From Octopus bimaculoides (lineage: Eukaryota), in NCBI RefSeq assembly GCF_001194135.2, contig NC_068996.1:21686390-21750389 (forward strand): a stretch of 64,000 bases of DNA, read 5' to 3'. Each line of letters opens with the position of its first letter. The first letter of the stretch is position 1. The position numbers were made by a program, and so were the translations under genes. Positions 26,300-38,431 of this stretch are shown one piece after another. A model generated the notes under the pieces. The model ran no database searches, was not told the origin of the DNA, and saw only the letters and a program-made list of their open reading frames with translations.

Positions 26300-27003
26300 C
26301 ACGTTAAGTATTGCTTTCATTTCCGGCACACCTTCCCATGACCACCCACAATAAGTCTTCTTTCTTTTGGAAACCATCAAACACCTTTCGCTCTTGTCCA
26401 AGGTAATCTCTTTTATATCACAACCACAGAGATTTATTTTCTTAAGATTGTCTTTCATTGATGTAGCCTTTTTCATAATTTTCTGGCTTCTCTTATTATT
26501 ATTATTATTATTTTTATCATTATTGTTATTGTTGTTGTTATTGTTATTATTGTTGTTGTTGTTGTTGTTATTGTTATTATTATTAATTTTGGTCTTCTTC
26601 TTTGTCTCAGATTTTCTGTGATCCTTCCCTTCATTCTTCTCAACACCAAGTCTTACACCAACACTTTTAGTTTTGCTTTGAGATATAGGTGACCGCATCA
26701 ATGATAGTCTTGATGTCTTCTTTGTGCCTCCACCAACATTGCGTCCTCGCCGTTGTTGTTGTTGTGATGGCACTTTTTGTGGTTGCACAGAAGAACTGTT
26801 GTTGCTCACAGTGGCAGTTGTCATCGTTGCATCAGTGGTTGGATGTTGCACAAAGGGTTGTGTTGGGATTGGGTTGTGTATAAGCACCTTAACCTCTGCA
26901 TGTGGCACATGAATTGGTAAAGAGTGACTAAGGACACAAGGCTCTGACAACTGTGGAACCATTGGCGTAGGATGAGAGCAGTAATTCCCATTTGGATAAT
27001 AAC
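26300..27003 (-). CDS. BAHD1: BAHD1-like gene, exon 3 (poly-Asn tract; ends ...YCGWSWEGVPEMKAILNV)
   Basis: Acceptor tttcactgcag|GT (phase 1) is in frame with ORF 26183..26962. Donor GTG|gtgaga (phase 0). The GWxWxG segment precedes the BAH domain. Confidence 0.88.
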
Positions 27004-27239
27004 CTGCAGTGAAAAATAAAAAACATAGTTAATTACAAAAATAGACTGAAATATGATGCTCATTTGATCCCTTTGTTAGCATATTTCTGCTGAAATACAC
27101 CGCCTTTTGTGTCATAGAACCAAATGTGGTCCTCAGTTGGATTGCTATCAAATGAGTTTTATTCTTTTGTTACCATATTTTGGATGAAATACACTACAGA
27201 TTTTTTCAATTAATTTTTGAAAATTATCAAGAATTTATA

Positions 27240-28180
27240 AACTGTCACAAATTAATCTGGTGTTTAAGACATAAATTAATACTTTAAAACATAGTTTGTA
27301 TCATAGAACTAGGGTTTGTGTAGAGTTGTTTGGTACCAAAAAAAAACAAAACACAATGGTACTTTTTGTTTTTTTCAATTCATTTTGAAATATCAAAGAA
27401 TTTATTAAAGATGATGGAAGATCTGAGCAAGGGAATCTGGGTTTTGGCAAGAAGGATGTGTGTTGGAGTCACCACCTTGAAGCTGAGTCTGAATGAGAAC
27501 CTTTGCTACCACTCATACAAGAGGTGCAAGGGAGAAATTCTGATAGCCAAAGGACAACCAGGGAGAACTGCTTCACAAAGCCATAGAAGCACCTGAACAA
27601 GCTGAGATAACCTATTGAGCTGGAGATGATTTGGTTCTTCTCAAATGAAAAGAACTACTGCTAGGACCAGTTGCACATTGCCTAAAATCCATCTAATGTC
27701 CCACATATCATGAAAACCAAGTTTCCCCAAACTGTGATGGTCTATAGGTGTGTCCACAGCGAGAGTGATGTCATGCCATCCAACATCTTTGAATGGAGCC
27801 TTAGACTCAGTTCAAAGCTGACCCTGGCTGGAGAGGGTTGCTGCTGAAAGGCAGCAAGAATTGACTCCTTGCCTTACCTTCAAAAAGGGTCGCAATACGT
27901 TGTAAGAGGAATTGTTAAATCTTCATCGACCCCTAATTTTTGGCACCATAATTCTCCTAATTGCAATCCCACAGATTACTATGTGTGGAGTGTGATTAAA
28001 AAAAAAAAAAAACAATAACCACTCTGCTTGCAACACCAAGATCAAGTAGGTGTTTACAGATTTTCCCAGAGAGAGACAATGAGGAATGCATACGCCAAGC
28101 TCTGGAGCTGCCTTGAAACTGAGGGCAACTACTTTGGGTAAACTGTTATCTCACAGCCTTAATCAAGTTGATACTTTTTG
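27240..28180 (+). mobile_element. Tc1/mariner transposase relic
   Basis: FWHHNSPNCNPTDYYVWSV resembles the WPxNSPDLNP motif. A similar relic lies at ~39440-40300. Confidence 0.6.
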
Positions 28181-28611
28181 ATTTTTAAAAATACTTTTAT
28201 TTTTATATTGTTTCTTTTTTTTTAATGCAAACTGTCATAGGTGTAGGCATGACTGTGGTAAGAAGCTTACTCTTAACCATATGGTTCTGGGTTCAGTCCC
28301 ACTGTGTAGCACCTTGGGCAAGTGTATTCTACTATAGCCTCAAGCCAAACAAAGCCATGTGAGTGGATTTGGTAGATGGAAACTGAAAGAAGCCTGTTGT
28401 GTAAATGTGTGTTTGCATATGTGTACCTGTTTGTCTCCTCACCACTACTTGACAACTGGTGTTGATGTGTTTAATTTCTATATTTTATAAACACTATTTG
28501 CAAACTTCTCTCACATTCTTTTAAACTTTCACTTTCTTTCCATTATTACTCTTTGTAACTCTCTAGGAATAGAAAATGCAAATACATATATACAAACATA
28601 TATATGTTTGT

Positions 28612-28645
<34 letters not shown>

Positions 28646-31383
28646 CATTACATACATACATAAATGTACATTATCATCATCATCATCTAATGTCTGTTTT
28701 CCATGCTGTTGGATGGTTTGACAGGGACTGATCAGCTGAAGAACTGCCCAGGCTCTATGTCTGTTTTCACATGGTTTCTACGGCTGGATACCCTTCCTAA
28801 CATCAACCACTTCACAATGTGTGCTGGATGCTTTTACTCAGCACCAGTATGGGTGGGTGCTTTTTACATCACACCAGCACCTACGAGCCCACAAAATTAG
28901 GAATGCTTGGCTGGAGAGGAATGCTGGGAACAAGCCTATATGCATGGGTAACCATGTTTTTACTTAGTGTGACATGTATTTCCAAGCACAGCAAACCGCC
29001 AGGAGTCTTGGTCCTCTATGCGTCCCAATACCTGTAGATCCTTTCTCACCACTTCATCCCACATCTTTCTGGGTCTATCCTTTCCACATATTCCCTCTTG
29101 ATGCAACTGTCTTCATTTATATGCATTACATGGTCACACCAGCACAGTCTTCTCTCTTGCACATTGCATCTGATACTATGTATACCCATTTTTTCTCTAA
29201 AATCACTTATACTCTATCATATATGCACACTAACATTACCCATCCAGTGGAGCATACTGGCTTCATTTCTTTCAAGCTTTCACATATCCTCAATAGCCAC
29301 AGCCCATATCTCACTGCTATGTAGCATAGCTGTTCATACACAGGCATCATACAACCTGCTTTTCATCTGAGGGAGAGACATTTCGTTACTAAAAGGGGTA
29401 GTAGCTCTCTGAATTTCGCCAAGCCTATTCTTATTTCAGCAGCTGTGCTTTCGGAATAACCTCCTCCACTATTAACTTGTTCACCTAAGTAACAGAAACT
29501 GTCTACTACTTCTAAGGATACCACCTGACGTTTGATGGAGTCTCTATTTTGCACAATCCTTGGCTTGAAATACCCGCATCGGTCACGACTACGGTCTCAC
29601 TTGGCTTGACAGGTCTTCAAGCATGGTATATTGCCAACAGTCAGAGTCACTTGTCACTGTGTATGTGACACAGGTGCCAATTATGTGACACTGGCATTGG
29701 CCATGAATAGGATTTCACTTAGCTTGATGGGTCTTCTCAAGCAAGGCATATTGCCCGTTTGAAAAGTGCTTTTTACGTGCCACTGGCACAGATGCCAGCT
29801 ACACAACACTGGCATTAGTCATGGTTACGATTTCACTTGGCTTGACATGTCTTCTCAAGCATGGCATATTACCAAAGGTCTTGGTCAATTGTTACTGCCT
29901 CTGTAAGGCCCCCAACGTTTGAAGATCATGCTTTATCACACCGTCCCATGTTTTCCTACGTCTACATCTTCCACAGGCTCCCTCCACTGTTAGAGGTTGG
30001 CACTTCTTCACACAGTTGTTCTCATCCATATATATTACATGACTATCTGATGTCTCTTATGCCCAACTTTTCTCTCAAGATGCTTACACTCTGTTGTACA
30101 TGCATACTGACATTGCACATCCAGCTAAGTACACTAGCCTCATTTCTTTCAAGCTTTTATATGTCCTCAGCAGTCACAGTCCATGTTTTACTGTGATGTA
30201 GCATGGCTGTTCACACACAGGCATCATACAATCTGTCTTTCACTCTGAGGGAGAGGCCCTTTATTACCAACAGAGGTAGGGGCTCTCTGAACTTTGCCTA
30301 GCCTATTCATTTTCTAGCAGCTATGCTTTCAGAACATCCATCTCCACTACTGACTTGGTCACCTAGGTAATGGAAGCTATCAACAACTACTAGTTTTTCC
30401 CCCTGGCATTTTGATGGAGTCTATTTTCTGTACATTTTTAGTGTTAATTGTACCTGTGCACCTTGCATGCACAAACTATTTTCCCCATTAACCTTCCTCT
30501 GATATTGCTGCACCTCTTATGTGTCCATAGTTTCTACCTATGCCTTTTCTAGTGATTGAGCATTGTTGTATAACTGGCACCCGTGCTGGTGGCATGTAAA
30601 AGGCACCTTTTGGTTTTTGGGCCTTACAGATGTAATGACGGGTGACCAAGACTGCTGGCAATATATTGTGCTTGAAGGGATTTGGAATTTGTCTACCTTT
30701 CTACTTACTAAGACTTTCATTTTTGCTAAGATTAACTCTAAAACCCTTTGATTCTAGCCTTGCTTCCATACCTGAAATCTTGTCTAGTTCTGGTAGTTAT
30801 TCAGCTATAAGAACAGTCATCAGCATAGACAAGCTCCCAGGGGTAGCCCATCTTAAATTCTTCTGTATACATACATACATAGATGATGATGATGATGATG
30901 ATGATCATCATCATCATCGTTTAACGTCTGCTTTCCATGCTAGCATGGGTTGGACGATTTGACTGAGGACTGGTGAAACCAGATGGCTACACCAGGTTCC
31001 AATCTGATTTGGTAAAGTTTCTACAGCTGGATGCCCTTCCTAACAGCAACCACTCTGAGACTGTAGTAGGTGCTTTTACGTGTCACCCGCACGAAGGCCA
31101 GTCAGGCGATACTGGCAACGGCCACGCTCAAAATGGTGTATTTTATGTGCCACCCGCACAAGAGGCAGTCCAGGGACACTGGCAACGATCTCGCTTGAAA
31201 GTCCTTACACATGTTGCGGGCACAAGTGCCAGAAAGGCGACGCTGGGCGCAGGTGCCATCCCGATATGTTTGTATATATGCATATGTATATATATTTGCA
31301 TTTTTTGTTCGAAGAGAGTTACAAAGTCACAAAAATTTATTATTACATATCATAATGAAGAAATGAAATAATAAATCACTTAC

Positions 31384-34300
31384 CATAATGACTGCAAGGA
31401 ACAGAAAATTGCCCTCTTCCATAAGTCTGATGATGGTAAGGAACATTGGTGAAATTTGTAATACTTCCAATCCCTGTTAAGGTGAATGCTTGGCACTGAC
31501 TGTGAGCAGAATTATCCCTCCCAGCTCCCGTTGCTCCAAGCATACACGGAAGTGAAGAACAACTTGGGTGAGTAGTTTTTGTAGAATCTGTCGACGGAGT
31601 GGTTTTAGGATGCGATACAATGTTATTAACATTTGAAAATTTTGATGAGGATGATGAAGATAGTGATGATGGTGAATTTGAATTCAAATTTTTGTTTTTT
31701 GTCGTCAATGTTGCTGTGTCGCATGTTGTGGTGCCACTACTACTGTTATTGCTACTGCTGCCACTGTTTTGCGTCTTTATTTGCATATCAACACTGCAGT
31801 CATCAGAGGGTGAGATATCACTGAGCACTCGCATGTCAACATCTCGAGAAATATTATTATTGTTATTATTATTATTATTATTTTTTGTCGTGGCAGCCAA
31901 TTTCTTGCTGTTGTTCTTCACACCACTGCAGATAGTGTTGCTATTAGTACCACTGGCCAAACAGACTATTTTTGTTGCATCGGCATTCACACCAAGCCCT
32001 GTCATTGAGCAGCTACCCAACATCTTCTGGCTCAATATATCCTCATCTTCATTACTTAAATCCTCACCGTCTGCCATATTATTCATCAAAATCATCCCAA
32101 GACCATTCACCCACCGACATGATTGCCGTCTTGGATTAAATATGTAATGAGTTCTTGCAGAACGATGACTATCTTGGTTCAAGTCTCGTCTTGACTGTCG
32201 AGTTTCTTGGCAAAGATCCATTATTGCTTGGGCATTAAGACTAGCTATTCTCTTTGACGCCTTAACCGGTAATGACTCACATTCCTTTGTTACTGCAAAC
32301 TTCCTACACATCTGTGCTTTAAGATCAAGTCCTGTAGGTTTCTCATTTAGTTTACTTGATTTCCGCACTGGTGCTTCTCTTGGCATTATATGTTTGCTAC
32401 ATGATTCTGCTTTAAGATCAAGTCTTGTGGCTTTCTCAGTTAATTTACTAGATTTTCGTAGTGGTTTTTCTCTCAACATGTGTTTCGTACATGATTGCAT
32501 TTTAAGATTATCACCAGCAATACTCTTACATTTGTGTGCTTTATATGCTAGGGATCCCTCTGAAGATGAATGTTTTTTACATGACGATTGTAATTCACGG
32601 CTAAGGCTTGACGTTCTTGGAGATGTCTTACTTGGTTTATGTGATGGAGACCCTTTCATTAACAAAGGTTTTCTGCAAGATTCTCTCTCAGTACTAACTT
32701 TTTTTGATCCTTTAAATGTACTTGATTTACCATGAGAAAGCTGTGACAATTCTTCCATCACTAAGTGATGTTTACAAGACTGTACATCAGTACAAAGGCT
32801 TGCAGCTCTCAGAGATACTTTATTTGGTGTATGCAATAGTGAACCTTTTGTTAACAAAGGTTTTCCACAAGTTTCTCTCTCAACACCAAGGTTTTTTGAC
32901 CCCTTACATTCACCATGATGCTGCAGTGATTCTTCCATCATAAAATGACTTTCACAACACTCTGTAGCATCAAAACAAGCAATTTCTTTTGGAAATTTAC
33001 ATTCAATTGGTTTCTTTGGTACTGACTTTCTCATGCTCATCACCGGGTGTTTTTTTTTGTCACAACTTTGTCTATCAAAAGCTGCAACGTTTGTCCTAGC
33101 AAACTGAATTTTCCCTGCTTTTCTTACTAACAGCGATTTTGCAACCGCTGGACAATTATCACAAGTTTGTCCATCAAAACTAGCAATATTTGCAGATAGT
33201 TTTGCTTCTGGAGAAGGCATACATGCTGGTATAGATTTTAAAATCACCACACTTTTATCACAAGGTTGTCCGTCAAAACTAGTAATGTCTGCAGATAGTT
33301 TTGCTTCTGAAGAAGATTTATGTGCTGGCATTGCTTTTAAAATACCCACACTTTTATCACAAGTTTGTCCAGCAAAACTAGCAATGTTTCCGGACCGTTT
33401 TGCTTCTGGAGAAGGTAAACATGCTGGTATTGATTTTAAAATCACTGCACTTTTATCACAAGTTTGTCCAGCGAAACTAGCAATCTTTTCAGATATTTTA
33501 AATTCTCCTGATCTCTCTGGCATCAAAGTTGTTATCACTGCATTCTTATCACAGATTTCTCCATCAAAACTAGTGATTTTATTGGATATTTTAAATCCAT
33601 CTGATCTCTCTGGCATCAAATTAGTCATTACCGCATTTTTATCAAAAATTTCTCCATCAAAACTAGCAATTCTTTGAGATATTTTAAATTTGTCCGATCC
33701 CTCTGGCATTGCTTTTGAAATCAACGGATGTTTTCCACAAATTTCTCCTTCAAAACTAGCAAATTTCTCAGCTGTTTTATATTCACCTATTCTTGATGAT
33801 GAACTTGCCACCACTGTGTCTTTTCCACAAATTTCTCCTTCAAAACTAGTGAATTTCTCAGATACTTTACACTCATCCTTTCTTTTTGACATCAAGTTTG
33901 CAATCATTGCATTTTTTTCACAGATTTTGGAGTCAAAATCAGTGATTTTCGCAGACGCCTTTCCAGGCACCAAATTTGAGACCCCTGCATTTTTTTCCCA
34001 ATCTTGTCCATGAAAATCACTAATATTTTTGGAGGTTTTCCCAGACACCAAATTTGAAATTCCTGTGGTGCATTCTTCCCAATCTTCTCCATGAAACCCA
34101 CCAGAGATTTTCTCATTTGTTTTTCCAGATGCCAAATTTGAAATCCTAGCATCTTTTTCCCAAGTTTGTCCACTGAAACCTGTAACTTTCTCTGATCTTT
34201 TCCCAGACACCAAATTTGAAATCCCTGTAGTGCATTTTTCCCAGTTTTCTCCATCAAAACCAGCAACATTTTCAAATATTTTTGCAGGCACCAAATTTGA

Positions 34301-37300
34301 AACCACTGCATCTTTTTCCCAAGTTTGTCCATGGAATCCACTAATGTTTTCAGAGGTTTTCCCAGACATTAAATTTGAAATCCCTGCAGTACGTTTTTCC
34401 CAGTTTTCTCCATGAAAACTAACAATGTTCTCAAATGTTTTTCCAGACACTGAATTTGAAACCCTTGCATCTTTTTCCCAATTTTGTCCATGAAAACCAG
34501 CAACTTTTTGTGACCTTTTTCTGGGTACAAATTTTGCAATCTTTGTGTCGTGCTTTTCCCAATTTTTACCAGACAAATTACATTTATCTGATCTCTCTGT
34601 CACTCGTTTTGCCATCACTGGATGATTTCCGCAAGTTTCTTCATTAAAACCAGGACTTTTCTCAGTCAATTTACACTTATCCGATCTTTCCACCATTTCT
34701 TTTGCTATCATCGTATGTTTTCCCCAAGTGTTTCCTTGTAAACTACCAATTCTTGACAACTTTAATTTATTCAATTTCTTTGGTGCTATTGGTCTCTTTG
34801 AACAAGTTTCATAAGTTGGAATATTTAAATCAGCAAGACTTTTCGGAACTTTGCGTAATGAATTTTCCATCATAAGCGAATGCTTCTGACAATTAGCTTC
34901 ATAGCAAATATACTGTTCCTCATTGGAGCAATACAATTCTTTTGCACAAACACCACCAAGCTCGTTATCAATACTATTAATATTTTTATTACTTACACAA
35001 GTATTTTGCATATTACTACCACCACCATCATTACTACTACTATTACTACTACTACTACAATAATAATATTTGTTACTACACAGCCCAAATGAAGTAGTAG
35101 TTGTTGCACCAGCAGTACTAGAAGGAAAACGGCTGCTTCCAATACCATCTAAAGGTGTTGTGTAATTATAACATCTTTTTTTGGGATGTACATCCCCTAC
35201 AACTTCAGTTGCTGATCGTTTAGTAGGATATATTAATTTATTGTCATCATCTCCAATAATAATTAAATTTGCATAATTAGCATGTGTATCTTTAGCTGAT
35301 GTTGATACTGCATCAGCAGTAGTAGCGCCATCTAATCTTTCATTTGATTTGAGAGCTTTTAAATTTGTAAAATGTAGTGATTTTGCAGTAGATTTTCCTG
35401 GATTTTTTTTATTATTAGTAGTATTACTGATGCTGTCATTTCTGTTAGAATTTAAACTTTGATAACAATTTGAGCGAGAAAACTCGTTAGCTAATAAAGA
35501 TGATGATGATGATGATGTTAATGAATCAGACGAAACAGCAACGGCAAAACCAAACTTTTTGTTTTGCTTGTTCGTTAATGTTAATTTTTCAAGTTTGAAA
35601 TCATTAACAGATTTACACGGTTTGCTACTATCATTACCATCATCATTGTCGTCATGCTTGTGCTGGTGGTCATGGCGGTTGTCATTACTGAGTGTTGTTT
35701 CTCCAAATTTAAAATTAGACATCAGATTCTGACGATAATCAGGGCTAGCAGATATATCTTCATCTCCTACAACATCAATCACATCAGAGCCATCTATTAT
35801 TTCATCAATTCCATCATCATCTGGCAATTTCAAAGATTTAATATTTTTCAAATTTTCGCAATCTGCATGAGAGTCGTTAGTGGAAATGGCAATATTAGTT
35901 AATCGCTTATTAATTAATTCCTCACTAGCATTAGTGAATTTTTCTTGTATAACATTACAACTCATTGCTCGGCATTGATAATTGTCTTTTACATTGAAAT
36001 TCAAATACTTCACTGCAGGGTCATCATCTGGAACAGTAACAACATCTAGATCTTCATCAATTGCTTCATTATGCTCCAGTTTTTTAAGAGTTCGCTGCTT
36101 TTTACTACTTTCTGCTGGATTCTGATTTCGGAATAAATTTTGGGGATTTTCCAAAGGAGAAAGATGCGGGTGCTGGTTAAGATGGTGATGATGGCGGTGA
36201 TGATGCTGGCGCTGGTGACAACATTGCATCAGAGTCACTGAGTTTTCTAAAGCTGCACTGCAATTTTTTTCATGTGAAGGCAGCGTCGATGTTGGCGCCA
36301 GTAGAGGTGATGGAGTATCATTAGTTTGAACAAAACGACACGCATTCACAACTGCTATGCCATCATTGTTTGGATTTCGTTCCCCTTCCATGTTTTTATT
36401 TTCACAGCCGACATGATAACCACCCAAACCTGAACTGAAATGACGACAAATGATACAGTTTTTGTGACACTGTGTCCCACTATTGTCTGCCTCACAGCCA
36501 ACTCGATATTTTTCTAATCCTGCTCTTAAATGACAAGGCAATATGTCATTTCCTTGGTATATTCCATCATTCATGTTTATTTTACAATTTGTTTCATTGC
36601 ATTCATATTCATTTAACCGCATATCTGCTCCAAGATGACATGTGATGCAGTCTTTTGCACATTGACCATGATTCATAATTGCTTTATTCATATTTGCATC
36701 ATGCTGCAGCTCTTCATTTGCCTTTTCACACCTGGTTTCAAACTCTTTCAATCGAACACCTGCTTGTAAACGGCAAGTATAACAACTCCTGCGACATGTT
36801 GATGATAACGAAGTTTGAAACTTTAACTTACGATTCTCCGATCGTGGTATTGATATTGAAGAAGTTTTCTTAGCATTACTAGGAATGAGTTTAGAAGGCG
36901 ATAGATACTCATTCCTGTGTTTTTTCATTGCTGGAATTGCTTTGATATTACTTGTACCGACATAATATTCTTGTGCTGACATAAACCCTAAGTTGCGTTT
37001 TCTTGATGCTGAAACTGGGAGAGACGAAATCACTTCAACATCTTTAGCATTGTCACTCTGCAGTAAATTTGATGAAGAGGAGTCTAATTCATGAATATTA
37101 CACTCTTTTAATTTTCGATTCAGCGCAGGTTTAACAAGATTTTCAGTCTGAGAAAATTTTAAATGCTTTTTCCTTTCTCCCAATTCTTTACTCCTCTTCT
37201 TTCGCTGCTGCTGCTGTTGTTGTTGTTGCTGTTGTTGTCTTCTAGTTGATCTAACTGTGTGACACTTTTTGAGCCTGGATTTTTTGGGTTCAAGTGACTT

Positions 37301-38431
37301 TTTGGCTATAGACAATGAGGGTCCTTTGTGTTTCTTTGTTCTTATTTTTAATTGTCTTTTACTTCTATTTGCAGAAGAAAATGAAGATGAGGATGAAGAA
37401 GAAGTTTCATGTTGCTTCCTTCTTCCAGGTTTTCTCTTCACTGTAATCATCTCCGCAACAGATTTGCATTGCCACAAAGAAGAGGAAGAACAAGAAGAAC
37501 GTGAAGAAGAAGAACGAGGTGAGGGAGTTAAAGAATTTGCAGGAGAACTAATTGTTGCCAAGCTGCTGTCTCTTTTCAGACGCAAACCTTGTGCATTTTT
37601 AGTTTTATTTACAATTTTATGTTTGTTCTTCTTCATCTGTCTGTATGTTCTAGATCCAAGTGCATGTGTTTGTGTTGTCTGCTTGCTACCACTGCTATGT
37701 GAAGAACAAAATGCTGAAGAAGGTGATGATAAAACAGTTGATGAAGGAGACTGTAAACTTTCATTATATATCAAATTCACTTTTGCAGCAGCGTTTAAAC
37801 TTGCTTCACGCTTCAAACGTATTAGACACACAGAGAGTTTTTTACCTTTGTTTAGCCGCAATAAGTTATCGACATTTGATTTTGAAATAGTTTTTTTGGT
37901 TCTTAATGGAGAAGTTCGTTTTGATGATAGCATGGAGGATGAAGGCAATGATGCCGACTTTTTGGGACGGCCTTTTCCTGTTTGCTTTTTTATCTGTACC
38001 TCACTCCTCTGATTTTTCATCTTTAAGGCATCGTTTTTCAACTGCAATCTCTTCAAATTTTTTCTTTTCTTCACACTATGTTGCAACTCTGATGATAGTA
38101 ATGTATTACTCTTGTGATTAACACTACGGAGATATTTTTTGGTCTTGGTACTATCATTGATGACAGTGGTGGTGCTGGTGGCACTGATGTCTTCTCTTCC
38201 TTTGTCATTTTCTCGGACGGATGACATAGAAGGCGTGGAAACATTGCCATGGTTTTTGTCTCTGGCTGTTTCCGATTTCTTTTCACGTAGTTCTGCAGCA
38301 CGGACAAATGCTTCGTACAGTGGAACAGATTCATCATATGTAACCACGCGAGACACAGCACGCCTTCGGCCAATTGTGTGCTTCCTTTTGTAATCCGATT
38401 TCTCGCAGGAATATTTCCGTGTTTCATTAAC
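31384..38431 (-). CDS. BAHD1: BAHD1-like gene, giant coding exon 2 (7,048 nt; low-complexity, Cys-rich and tandem-repeat regions)
   Basis: Contains the 2326-aa ORF 31376..38356, extended upstream in frame (VNETRKYSCEKSDYKRKHTIGRRRA) to a (T)n-AAG| acceptor at 38432. Ends TAT G|GTAAGT (phase 1). Holds two RxASLNAxA motifs that I recall from BAHD1. Confidence 0.88.
32280..34830 (-). repeat. Coding tandem repeat in exon 2 (26-35 aa units, F-x-G-x-x-[WC]-x-K)
   Basis: Visible in the translation, e.g. FHGENWEK, FHGQTWEK, FEGEICGK, FDGEICDK, FAGQTCDK. Confidence 0.92.

Noticed and set aside
37269-38012. 247-aa plus-strand ORF and other plus-strand ORFs within 31599-38393
   Set aside because: Antisense shadows of the low-complexity exon 2; no independent motifs or splice context.
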